Source: a bacterium
GTDB lineage: Bacteria > SAR324 > NAC60-12
Direction: 5' to 3'
Assembly: GCA_965233585.1 (NCBI GenBank)
Contig: CBDDTI010000747.1
Location: 864,001 to 928,000, forward strand
Length of the DNA stretch: 64,000 nt
The position numbers and the translations under genes were made by a program. The notes under the pieces were generated by a model. That model worked only from the letters and a program-made list of their open reading frames with translations. It was not told the origin of the DNA and did no database searches. Positions 37,572 to 46,875 of this stretch are shown one piece after another; the stretch's first letter is position 1; each line of letters opens with the position of its first letter.

Positions 37572-40500
37572 ATGAAATTTTTTAAAGAATGCAAAAGTCG
37601 TTTGCAGTTAGTTGGTGGTGTATTGTTTAGTCTGGTAGTGTTGTCCTCTTGCAATTCAGAAGGAGGCAAGGAAAGTGTTCAGTTGTCCATTGGTTCAGAC
37701 TCAAGCGGGTCTTCTTCCAAGTGGGACAAGGCAACGATTCGGTCAAACTATGCACTGCTTTTTAAGGCGGAAGACTACCAAACAGGGCTTTCTCTCAAAG
37801 AAGAGTTTGAAAAAGCAAGGAGTGTCCTCAGACTTGATGATGATTACTTCACCAAATTAGACTTTGAAGACACCAGCGGAAACTGGATTGTTCAAGTCAG
37901 AGGTTATGAAGAAGAAGACGTCAGTGCCGCAGAATCCGTGCGTTACGGAGTGCATCAAACTGGGATTTCTGGGAGTTTTCAGTTTAGAGAATCAGGCGTG
38001 ACAGAAGTCAAGGTCAAAATCAGACCAGCAGGCAAGCATTTTCCTATCACAGGACAACTTGCCCATCAAAGAAGCACAGGGTCAAGTTGTGCGTTTCAGC
38101 TGTCTATGTCTGGCGAACAGACTGCAAACGTCGGCAGCAGGGGTTATATCGCAGACCTTGAAATCTATGATGGAGAAGGCAAGAAACTTGGGGAAATGAG
38201 TCAGTCTGCCATGCAGTTTGACTTGATGGACTATGCTGACAGGGTTGAAAAGCTCAAAGTGAGTTTGAAAGTGAAAACGGCAGACCCAGAGACAAGCGAA
38301 AAACTGCCCATGCAAGAGTTTCAAGTCAACTGCGACCCGTTCTTGATTGCAACACTTCAAACTCTTCAAGACAGCGACAACAAGACCTTTGCCCTCAGCC
38401 CACTGCTTTTGAAAACTCAAACGCCACTGGTTGCGACTCAAACCCCGTATGATGCAAGCCATGCGTGTTCCAAACAAAAAGGAATGTTGCTTGTCTCCAA
38501 AGACAACTTCAACACTTGTGAACCTGTTGACTTGACGCCAACGCAAGATGGTCAATACCTCATCATTCCCAAGCAGTCATGGAACAGCAACCCCGTTAAA
38601 TACTCGTTGGGCGTCAGAGAAAAAGACAACCAAGCACCCACCAACTTTGGACTTAATCAAAAAACACTCATCTCTTTTGAAGCTGGAACTCAAAACACTC
38701 CTTCATCAGCTAAAGGATTGGCACTTGCCATTGCAGGCGTCAAAGCTGGCAGTGAACTGACTTTGAACTCATCAGGGCAATATGTTTACACCCCAGCCAC
38801 TGCCGACCAATGCGATGCTGTCAAGTATCAGAACAAACACGATGAGTCTTTTGTCGCTTCAGGCAATGAATGTCAGGCTTCTGCCGCTTTGAGCGGTCTG
38901 GTGGAAGACATCACCTTTGTTGACAATTCCAGAACTTTGCAAATCTCATGGAAGCAGGTGCAAGGCATGAGTTACAACATTTATCGCAGCTTGTCTTCAA
39001 GTGATTCGTTCACAAAAATTGCAACCAATGCCAGCACTCCTTACAAAGACACTTCTGTTGATGCCAACAAAACTTACAATTACCGTCTGGAGTTCTGCCA
39101 AGGCTTTGCCTGTTCTGCTCAAACTGATTCACTCACTGCCAGTGCCAGACGTTTTGTCCAGAATCCCAAAGCCACTCAAAGTTCTAGCGATACTGCTAAC
39201 TTGTCATGGGCTGTCCCTGTTGATGTGTCAAAAATCAAACATTACAAAATCTATCGTCAAAAACCAGATGGAAGTTGGGAGTTGATTCACACCACTACTG
39301 ATGCCTCAACAACCAGCTGGACAGATTCAGGATTGACTCAAGCAGGAAGTTATCAATACCGCATCTCTGCTGTCTCTGAGACAGGAGAAACTTATTTGAC
39401 AGGCGTCTCTCTCACCTTGCAAACCCAACCGACTGCTGCACCAACAGGATTAGCAGTGGTTCAAGTGTTGGGGTCAGAGACTGAAGCAAAGCTAACTTGG
39501 TCTGCCGTGACGGGGGCTACTAGTTACAACATCTATCGCGGGACGACTTCAGGCAGTGTCAACAATTTAATTCATACCGTCAATGATGGTTCAATCATTT
39601 CTTACACTAACACAGGCCTCACCAAAGGCACGACTTATTACTACAAAGTCTCTGCTGTCAATGTCATTGGAGAATCTGCCAAATCGGTTGAGAAAAGTGT
39701 GACGTTGATAGAAAAATCTGCTGCACCAACAGGCTTAGCAGTGGCTCAAGTGGTAGGGTCAGAAACACAAGCTAAACTGACTTGGAATGCCACCACGGGA
39801 GCTAACAGTTACAAAATCTATCGCAGCACTGCTTCAGGCAACGTCAACACTTCAGTTCACACCACTGCTGATGGCTCAACTACTTCTTACACTGATACAG
39901 TGCCCACCAAAGGCATCACTTATTACTACAAAATCTCTGCAATCAACATCGCTGGAGAGTCTGCTAAGTCAGTTGAGAAAAGCGTGACGTTGATAGAAAG
40001 GCCTACCATTCCAACCATCGCCAGTGCTAGCAAAGAAGCCATAGACACGGTCAAAGTGGTCTGGAATGCCGCATCATCAGCCAGCAGTTACGAATTGTAT
40101 CAAGCCACCACCACAACAGCCTCTGCTTTTCAAGTTGCTACCACAACAACAACAGCAACAACATACATCAAACATGACCTGCCAGCAGGCGATTACTATT
40201 ACAGAGTCAAAGGCTGTAATTTAGCAGGTTGCTCTGCATTGTCTGCCGCAAGTTCACTAGTCAAGATTGATATAAGCTGGGCAAAAGCCACTGCTTCAGC
40301 AGGCTGGTCAGCTCGCAATGGTCATAGCAGCGTGGTGTTCAATGGCAAAATCTGGATCATCGGAGGGAGTGATGGAAGTCTCAAAAACGATGTTTGGAGT
40401 TCTGACGATGGAGTGATTTGGACAGAAGTCACTGCCTCTGCTACCACTCCACGCTGGTCAAGTCGTTATGGTCATAGCAGTGTGGTGTTCAATGGTAAAA

Positions 40501-41897
40501 TCTGGGTCATTGGAGGGCGTGATGGAAGTAATAAAAACGATGTTTGGAGTTCTGACGATGGAGTGAATTGGACAGAAGTCACTGCCTCCGCTACCACTCC
40601 ACGCTGGTCAGGTCGTTATAGTCATAGCAGTGTGGTGTTCAATGATAAAATCTGGGTGCTAGGAGGGAACACTGTAAGTCGTCAAAACGATGTTTGGAGT
40701 TCTGACGATGGAGTGATTTGGACAGAAGTCACTGCCTCTGCTACCACTCCACGCTGGTCAGGTCGTTATAGTCATAGCAGTTTGGTGTTCAATGATAAAA
40801 TCTGGGTGCTAGGTGGCTACGATGGAGGCAATGAGAACGATGTTTGGAGTTCTGACGATGGAGTGAATTGGACAGAAGTCACTGCCTCTGCTACCACTCC
40901 ACGCTGGTCAGGTCGCTATGATCACAGCAGTTTGGTGTTCAACAATAGAATGTGGATCGTTGGCGGGAAGGGGGGAAGTCTTAAAGACGATGTCTGGGCT
41001 TCTGACAATGGGACATCTTGGACAAAAGCCACAGATTCAGCAGCTTGGTTAGGTCGTGATTATCCTAGCAGTGTAGTGTTCGACAACAAAATCTGGGTGT
41101 TAGGAGGGAGAACTTCAGGGGCAACTCGCAAAAACGATGTCTGGGTTTCTGCTAACGCAAGTCTTGTGTCTAAAATGCAGGACCCAACAGGCAAAGCCTA
41201 TGGACGTTCTGTTTTGAAGTTAGAGACCAACCACACGTTGGTCTCTCAAAGCACCAGAGGTGCTTGCTCCACAACGGCAAACACCTTGCTTGTCTCTGCT
41301 GATGGCTTTGTCAACTGCGATGCTGTCTTTGTCAAAAAAGGACATAACACAAATCATGTTGTCATTCCCAAAGAAACTTGGAAGCTCAATGCAACTTATG
41401 AAATTGGGATTATGACCAGCATCGGAGCAAAACCTGTCAAAGACGTTACTGGCAACGTCCTTTCATTCACCACTAACAATGACACCCATGACTCTACCAA
41501 TCCCATCAAAAATTTTGATGTTGGCGGATTCAGCAAGCTCAAAGATGATGACTTCCATCTGGACAAAGACGGCAAACTCTGGTTCTATCGCAACGAAGGC
41601 AATACCTTACGAAGGTACAATGCCAATACTTGCAAAAACATGTTCGGTTACCAAAATGTCAACTCTCAAAACTTCACTCCTGAAATCACCAATGCAGGAG
41701 GTAGAACACTAGCCAAAGATGTGTTGGGTAGTGGTTCAAAGCATTATCTAGTTGGTAATAGAACCATATCCTCTGTTTTTATAAGGAGTATCACAACTGG
41801 CTCATCCACTGATAAGACTATAGGGTTGGATCACGATAAATTGTTCTTTTATTTATGTGGTGTAGAGATTCCTGATCGTTCCGTAGCGTTTTTTTAG
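37572..41897 (+). CDS. Large surface lipoprotein with Ig-like domains, about 5 fibronectin type III domains, a 6-bladed Kelch propeller and a C-terminal domain
   Basis: Lipobox VLSSC. FN3 motifs (LTW..V.GA.SYNIYR, TY.Y.VSA.N..GES). Kelch repeats R..HSSVVFNxKIWVxGG...NDVWSS.DG..W. Two related Ig-like modules (LLVS.D.F..C). Confidence 0.88.
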   Translation: MKFFKECKSRLQLVGGVLFSLVVLSSCNSEGGKESVQLSIGSDSSGSSSKWDKATIRSNYALLFKAEDYQTGLSLKEEFEKARSVLRLDDDYFTKLDFEDTSGNWIVQVRGYEEEDVSAAESVRYGVHQTGISGSFQFRESGVTEVKVKIRPAGKHFPITGQLAHQRSTGSSCAFQLSMSGEQTANVGSRGYIADLEIYDGEGKKLGEMSQSAMQFDLMDYADRVEKLKVSLKVKTADPETSEKLPMQEFQVNCDPFLIATLQTLQDSDNKTFALSPLLLKTQTPLVATQTPYDASHACSKQKGMLLVSKDNFNTCEPVDLTPTQDGQYLIIPKQSWNSNPVKYSLGVREKDNQAPTNFGLNQKTLISFEAGTQNTPSSAKGLALAIAGVKAGSELTLNSSGQYVYTPATADQCDAVKYQNKHDESFVASGNECQASAALSGLVEDITFVDNSRTLQISWKQVQGMSYNIYRSLSSSDSFTKIATNASTPYKDTSVDANKTYNYRLEFCQGFACSAQTDSLTASARRFVQNPKATQSSSDTANLSWAVPVDVSKIKHYKIYRQKPDGSWELIHTTTDASTTSWTDSGLTQAGSYQYRISAVSETGETYLTGVSLTLQTQPTAAPTGLAVVQVLGSETEAKLTWSAVTGATSYNIYRGTTSGSVNNLIHTVNDGSIISYTNTGLTKGTTYYYKVSAVNVIGESAKSVEKSVTLIEKSAAPTGLAVAQVVGSETQAKLTWNATTGANSYKIYRSTASGNVNTSVHTTADGSTTSYTDTVPTKGITYYYKISAINIAGESAKSVEKSVTLIERPTIPTIASASKEAIDTVKVVWNAASSASSYELYQATTTTASAFQVATTTTTATTYIKHDLPAGDYYYRVKGCNLAGCSALSAASSLVKIDISWAKATASAGWSARNGHSSVVFNGKIWIIGGSDGSLKNDVWSSDDGVIWTEVTASATTPRWSSRYGHSSVVFNGKIWVIGGRDGSNKNDVWSSDDGVNWTEVTASATTPRWSGRYSHSSVVFNDKIWVLGGNTVSRQNDVWSSDDGVIWTEVTASATTPRWSGRYSHSSLVFNDKIWVLGGYDGGNENDVWSSDDGVNWTEVTASATTPRWSGRYDHSSLVFNNRMWIVGGKGGSLKDDVWASDNGTSWTKATDSAAWLGRDYPSSVVFDNKIWVLGGRTSGATRKNDVWVSANASLVSKMQDPTGKAYGRSVLKLETNHTLVSQSTRGACSTTANTLLVSADGFVNCDAVFVKKGHNTNHVVIPKETWKLNATYEIGIMTSIGAKPVKDVTGNVLSFTTNNDTHDSTNPIKNFDVGGFSKLKDDDFHLDKDGKLWFYRNEGNTLRRYNANTCKNMFGYQNVNSQNFTPEITNAGGRTLAKDVLGSGSKHYLVGNRTISSVFIRSITTGSSTDKTIGLDHDKLFFYLCGVEIPDRSVAFF
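39433..40002 (+). repeat. Two tandem 285-nt FN3-coding repeats
   Basis: ctgctgcaccaacagg at 39433 and 39718; the protein repeat is AAPTGLAV.QV.GSET.AKLTW...GESAKSVEKSVTLIE. Confidence 0.85.
40321..41150 (+). repeat. Kelch-coding tandem repeats: four near-identical 150-nt units and two diverged units
   Basis: gtcatagcag at 40321, 40471, 40621 and 40771; atcacagcag at 40921. Confidence 0.95.
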
Positions 41898-41909
41898 GTT
41901 GGACGTTTC

Positions 41910-42247
41910 AATTCCCCTTCTGTGAAGGTCAACAAACCAGAGGCTTGTTGCTGGCAGGCAACGCCTGACGGGGTAGTCTTCGCTTTTCGTCATTGCTGAC
42001 CTTGACCATTCGTCATTGCGGGCTTGACCCGCAATCTCTCTTTTTTTCTTCAAACACAGGACAAACACTTGGGTTTGTCCCTACGTTTTGACTTGCGTGC
42101 GTCTCCTTGTCATTCCTGCGAAAGCCCCGAATCCAGTCAATTTAGTAATCCATGCTTGGTTTGATGATAGATTCCGTGTCAAGCACGGAATGACTGAGGG
42201 ATTTTGCAGGCGTGTCTTTTTGTCATTGTGGGCTTGACCCGCAATCT
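41910..42247. repeat. Cluster of REP-like palindromes (CGTC/GTCAT-type and GTAG-type)
   Basis: cgtcattgcgggcttgacccgcaatct (42011), gtcattcctgcgaaag (42109), agattccgtgtcaagcacggaatgac (42169), ggacaaacacttgggtttgtccctac (~42059-42084). Confidence 0.8.
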
Positions 42248-42341
42248 CCTTTGTCTTTTGTCTTCTTTCTCACTCTTTTTTTCAAAAATCTGTTAGACTG
42301 AGTGTGTTTAAACTTAATAATCTTCAATTGGAGAGGTACAA

Positions 42342-43061
42342 ATGTCAGAACGTTTAGATAGAATAGAAAAAATCTTGGAAGAAGCAAGTGCGATTGCTAA
42401 AGAAGCTGATGAATTAGTTAAAGCTCTTGCCAAACAGATGCAAGAGTCCAATGCCAGATGGGAAAAAGAGAGGCTAGAACGCAATGCCGCCTGGGAGAAG
42501 CAGGTGCAAGAGTCCGATGCCAGATGGGAAAAAGAGAGGCTAGAACGCAATGCCGCCTGGGAGAAGCAGATGCAAGAGTCCAATGCCGCTTGGGAGAAAG
42601 AAATGAAGGAAGAAAGACGATTGAGAAAAGAAAGCAACAAGAAACTGGAAAGTTACATCACGGTAGAAAGCGACATACAGGAAGACGCTTACTATCGTAC
42701 TGGTCAAAGAGAAATAGAAGAGAAAGGATTTATCATGATTGGTGGGGTTGCTTATGATTCTGTAGATAAAAATGTGAAGGGAAGATTTGAGAAAGTAGTT
42801 GGGCAGTATGACGTTGTTTTTTATAATCGTTCTCACATCTTCATTGTAGAAGTGAAGCACAAACTTCGTCTTGATGACTTTGACCAAGTATTCAGACACA
42901 AAGAAACATTCCCTGTCGTGTTTCCACGATATCAGGATTTTCAAATTCATCTGGGACTTGCCTGTCAAAGCATTCCAGAACATTTCATCTCTCATGCCAA
43001 AGCCAGAGGAGTTTACCTCCTGCAACCTGAAGCAGACCAAATCAAAGTCATTGAACCTTGA
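42342..43061 (+). CDS. Coiled-coil repeat plus PD-(D/E)XK nuclease-like domain (DUF3782-like), copy 1
   Basis: N-terminal 22-aa repeats AWEKQxQESxARWEKERLERNA, then GQYDVVFYN....IVEVKHKL. GGAGAGG upstream of the start. Confidence 0.7.
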   Translation: MSERLDRIEKILEEASAIAKEADELVKALAKQMQESNARWEKERLERNAAWEKQVQESDARWEKERLERNAAWEKQMQESNAAWEKEMKEERRLRKESNKKLESYITVESDIQEDAYYRTGQREIEEKGFIMIGGVAYDSVDKNVKGRFEKVVGQYDVVFYNRSHIFIVEVKHKLRLDDFDQVFRHKETFPVVFPRYQDFQIHLGLACQSIPEHFISHAKARGVYLLQPEADQIKVIEP

Positions 43062-43091
43062 CCCTCAACCTCTGTTTTTTCTCATTCCCCT

Positions 43092-43212
43092 GTCATTGCT
43101 GACCTTGACCCGCAATCTCATTCTTCTTCAAACACAGGACAAACACTTGGGTTTGTCCCTACGCCTTGACTTGCGTGCATCTCCTTGTCATCACGTGCTT
43201 GACCCGCAATCT
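43092..43212. repeat. REP-like cluster; partial copy of 41988-42115
   Basis: Shares cttcaaacacaggacaaacacttgggtttgtccctacg and cttgacccgcaatctc with the first cluster. Confidence 0.8.
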
Positions 43213-43313
43213 CTCTTTTTTTTCACTCTTCTTTTGTTTTCTTTCTCACTCTTTTTCTCAAAAATCTGCTAAACTAGGTGTATTTTTGAAAATTTAAAAC
43301 TTTGGAGAATGTT

Positions 43314-43967
43314 ATGAGTGAAAAATTTGACGAGATTTGGGCAACTTTAGATAGAATTACACAAAGGCAAGAAGAATTTGCAAAACAACAAGAAGAATTT
43401 GCAAAACAACAGCAAGAGTCCAGTGCTAGATGGGAAAAAGAAAGACAAGAACGCAATGCCGCTTGGGAGAAGCAGATGCAAGAACGCGATGCCGCTTGGG
43501 AAAAAGAAATGAAGGAAGAAAGGCGATTGAGAAAGGAAACCAACAAGAAGCTGGAAAGTTACATCACGGTAGAAAGCGACATACAGGAAGATGCCTACTA
43601 TCGTACTGGTCAAAGAGAAATAGAAGAAAAAGGATTCATCATGCTTGGTGGGATTGCTTATGATTCTGTAGATAAAAATGTGAAGGGAAGATTTGAGAAA
43701 GTAGTTGGGCAGTATGACGTTGTTTTTTATAATCGTTCTCACATTTTCATTGTGGAAGTGAAGCACAAACTTCGTCTTGATGACTTTGACCAAGTGTTCA
43801 GGCACAAAGAAACATTCCCCGTCATCTTTCCACGATATCAGGATTTTCAAATTCATCTAGGACTTGCGTGTCAAAGCATTCCAGAACATTTCATCTCTCA
43901 TGCCAAAGCTAAGGGAATTTACCTCCTGCAACCCGAAGCAGACCAGATCAAAGTCATTGAACCTTGA
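43314..43967 (+). CDS. Coiled-coil repeat plus PD-(D/E)XK nuclease-like domain, copy 2
   Basis: C-terminal ~160 aa nearly identical to 42342-43061; the N-terminus differs. ATG 43314 follows GGAG. Confidence 0.7.
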   Translation: MSEKFDEIWATLDRITQRQEEFAKQQEEFAKQQQESSARWEKERQERNAAWEKQMQERDAAWEKEMKEERRLRKETNKKLESYITVESDIQEDAYYRTGQREIEEKGFIMLGGIAYDSVDKNVKGRFEKVVGQYDVVFYNRSHIFIVEVKHKLRLDDFDQVFRHKETFPVIFPRYQDFQIHLGLACQSIPEHFISHAKAKGIYLLQPEADQIKVIEP

Positions 43968-44104
43968 TTTGCTTGAGGAATTACTTCGTAACCTCTCTTT
44001 TTTACCTAATTCCCTCATCAATCCAAAATTGTTACGTTCCCTTTATTTCCATTTGGTCTCAAATTTGTTATGATTCTGGATTTAGCATTCTCACACACAA
44101 ACTG

Positions 44105-44551
44105 ATGGAAACTGCTTTACTTTTTGACACACTCAAGACCTCCAAACACTTGCAAGCTGCAGGCTTTGAACAAGGACAAGCAGAGGCATTGACGGAAGAA
44201 TTTAAATTTGTTGTAGAAAGCAACTTTGCAAAACTTTCAACCAAAGAACAGGTCGCTGCTTTGGAGGAACAACTGAAGCAGAAAGCCACCAAAGAACAAG
44301 TCGCTGCTTTAGAAAACAATCTCAGTGAGAGACTTGAAAAATTTGCCACCAAAGAAGACGTCCAGAATGTCAAAGATGAACTCAAAAATGACGTCCAGAA
44401 TGTCAAAGATGAACTGAAAGAAGACATCCACTATTTAAAAGGAGACCAGAAGCTCCTTAAATGGATGGTTAGTTTTGGCATCTCTTTAAATCTGTTAACA
44501 CTTGGGGTTGTGCTAGCTTTTTTGTTTACAACTACTCCTACTCCTGCTTAA
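44105..44551 (+). CDS. DUF1640/CCDC90-like coiled-coil membrane protein
   Basis: FDTL....LQAAGFEQGQAEAL, (S/A)TKE repeats, LLKWMVSFGI transmembrane segment. Likely ATG at 44105. Confidence 0.8.
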   Translation: METALLFDTLKTSKHLQAAGFEQGQAEALTEEFKFVVESNFAKLSTKEQVAALEEQLKQKATKEQVAALENNLSERLEKFATKEDVQNVKDELKNDVQNVKDELKEDIHYLKGDQKLLKWMVSFGISLNLLTLGVVLAFLFTTTPTPA

Positions 44552-44809
44552 CAACTCTGCCCTGAAAAATCACCCTCCTTGACTCCAGCAATCACCTCTC
44601 CAACTGAGGGAATAAGAAAGCAGAGAAAGTTGAAAAAAAAGAGAGATTGCAAGTCAAGGTGAGCAACGATTGAAGGATTTTACTAGCAAATCCGTTAGGA
44701 TTTGACGGGCTTGTCTCAGAAAAAGCAGATGGCAGCTCAAGTCCGCTTCGGTAGGATTTGACAGAGTGCTTTTTGAAGATGAAGACACCCCGTCAAACAG
44801 AAGTTGATT

Positions 44810-46069
44810 TTAGTTGAGGTCTTCCAAGTCAGCTTGAATGTTTTCCACTGCTTCGTCAGAGGTAAGCTCTTTCATCACCAACTGTTGAATGTTCTGGATA
44901 AAGGTTTCTTGCGCTCCACGAAAATCAGTGAAAAGTGGTTCAGGACCACCACGAGAGATTCCAGCCAAGAAAGGCTTCCACGCCGCGTTTTCTTCAGTGA
45001 GTTTTTTGACACCTTCCACAGGACGCAGTGGAGTGTATCCAACCTCTTTTTCAAAGCGGAATTGATTGGTGGCATTGGTCAGAAACTTGATAAACTTTGT
45101 TGCTTCTTTTTCCATACCTGTCCCTTTGAAGACAACTAGGGAGTCAGTAATGAGCAACGTCCCATTTGAACCACTAGGTCCATGCGGAATGTCAGTGACT
45201 CCCCAATCAAGGTCCTTGTTCAATCGGTTTCGGTCCCATGGACCTGAGATAAATGATGCCAGTTTTCCATCATTGAACAGATTACGCAGAGTGTCTCTGT
45301 CATGTGCGGCAGGTCCGTCTTGGGAGACGTCAGCCAATTTGGCATAAAACTCCATAGTCTCACGCGTATTTGTTGAATCAAAAACGACTTCACCTTGATC
45401 ATTTATCACTTCACCATTGTTGGTATAGAGCCAATTTAAAAACTGATGAAAGGTTTGGTCAAAAGACTTGGCAATCATGCCATAGCCTGGTATGTCTGTC
45501 ATGGCTTTGATTTTTTGAGTGGCATCTAAAAACTCGTCCCATGTTTTTGGGAATGTTTTATAGCCAGCTTTGGCAAATAAATCCTTTCTGTAATAAATTG
45601 CCTTACTGGAAAAAGCTCTGGGGTATCCCCATTGCTTACCCTGATAGCTAACGGTTTTTAAGACGTTGGGCCAATACTCTCCTCTTTCAGCAGCACTAAA
45701 TGCTGCAGGAACGATCAAATCAGAGTCTGCCAGTTGTCTCAACGCCCGAGACCCCACATAAGCAGCAGCAGGAGGACTGCCAGCACCAGCCAAGTTAAAA
45801 ACTTTGCTTTGACACTGCCCCCAAGGAACAACTTCATACTGGATCTTCAAATCAGGGTTTTCCTTCTCAAAGAGTTCTTTGCCCCATTTGTAACCTGCAT
45901 GAAGCTCATTTCCACAAACAATGATTGGGACATCAGCAGCAAAACTGTTTGTGTTCAGTGAAACCATTGCTGTTGTACCAACAATCATTGACAACCACCC
46001 TCTTTTGCATACGAGGGAAGAAACAAGTTGCGTTGCATCTTTTGCAACAATCAGTAATTTTTGAATCAT
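44810..46069 (-). CDS. Sugar ABC transporter substrate-binding protein (family 1)
   Basis: FEKENPDLKI, YQGKQWGYP, IYYRKDLFAKAG...PKTWDE, FNDGKLAS...GPW. Confidence 0.9.
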   Translation of the reverse strand: MIQKLLIVAKDATQLVSSLVCKRGWLSMIVGTTAMVSLNTNSFAADVPIIVCGNELHAGYKWGKELFEKENPDLKIQYEVVPWGQCQSKVFNLAGAGSPPAAAYVGSRALRQLADSDLIVPAAFSAAERGEYWPNVLKTVSYQGKQWGYPRAFSSKAIYYRKDLFAKAGYKTFPKTWDEFLDATQKIKAMTDIPGYGMIAKSFDQTFHQFLNWLYTNNGEVINDQGEVVFDSTNTRETMEFYAKLADVSQDGPAAHDRDTLRNLFNDGKLASFISGPWDRNRLNKDLDWGVTDIPHGPSGSNGTLLITDSLVVFKGTGMEKEATKFIKFLTNATNQFRFEKEVGYTPLRPVEGVKKLTEENAAWKPFLAGISRGGPEPLFTDFRGAQETFIQNIQQLVMKELTSDEAVENIQADLEDLN

Positions 46070-46875
46070 AAGTTTATTACTCCTAAAAATTGATGAGTTA
46101 AAATGAGTGAAAAATTAGAATTGAAAAAATGTGTTTGTCTGCTCCCTCCTTATTAAAATAGTATTAACGCAAAGTTGTTAGTAAGAAGTAGTCCATATTT
46201 CGTGATAGAATAGAGACAACAATTTAGAGGCGACATTCCAAGCAAAAACACAGGGTGTCACGGACTCAAAGTTCATGTCATTTGCCAGAGACAAGGAGTG
46301 CCTGTTGTTCAATTCAACCCTGCAAAACTGAACCCCGTTTTTGATTTTTGAAAAGTGTCATCTCCTTTTCTCCATTCAATGACATCACTCAAAAAGTGTG
46401 GTGACTAAAGGAGGCATTCATTTTCAAATTTCAAAAGTGAAAGGGTATAGGGATTCTTTGGAATTGTCAACAGATTATGTTCTTTGGAGATAGAACAAAT
46501 TTATTTTTTCTGCAAGGATTACCCTGCACTTTTCACTGCAGGAACAACTTTTGATGCGTCCTCAAGGAACGTCTTCAATCTGCTTTCTGAATTTAAAAAC
46601 GGCTCAACCCAAATGATCGATGCATTTGCAAAATCTTTAGTAAAAATTCTTCCACTCTCAACATTAAAAGACCTAGAAAAGAGCTAAACAAAAACAGAGA
46701 AAAAAGGAATCAGACACTTTTTAAAAGTATTTCCACATTGAAACACAAAGTCAACCCTTTTTTTCAATTCTTCAACACTTGACTCTAACCCAAGCATGAG
46801 CTGGGTGATTTTAGTGCTATGTGCAGACAAGAGTACAGTATGATGCCTTTCTATGAGACGTTTGATTGAGAACAG

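Noticed and set aside
40321..40920. Constant/variable periodic pattern that could be read as a CRISPR array
   Set aside because: The 150-nt period is in frame within a long ORF, and the variable parts are homologous to each other. These are Kelch blades.
41700..41990. Possible DGR variable region with a downstream hairpin
   Set aside because: There is no reverse transcriptase or template repeat in the window. Many codons end in A, unlike AAY-derived variation, and the hairpin belongs to a dispersed repeat family.
44684..44765. GCAAA...GACG...GGCAGC segment reminiscent of a c-di-GMP riboswitch
   Set aside because: It lacks the GAAA tetraloop and receptor layout and lies between convergent gene ends. 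It fits palindromic repeat or terminator sequence better.
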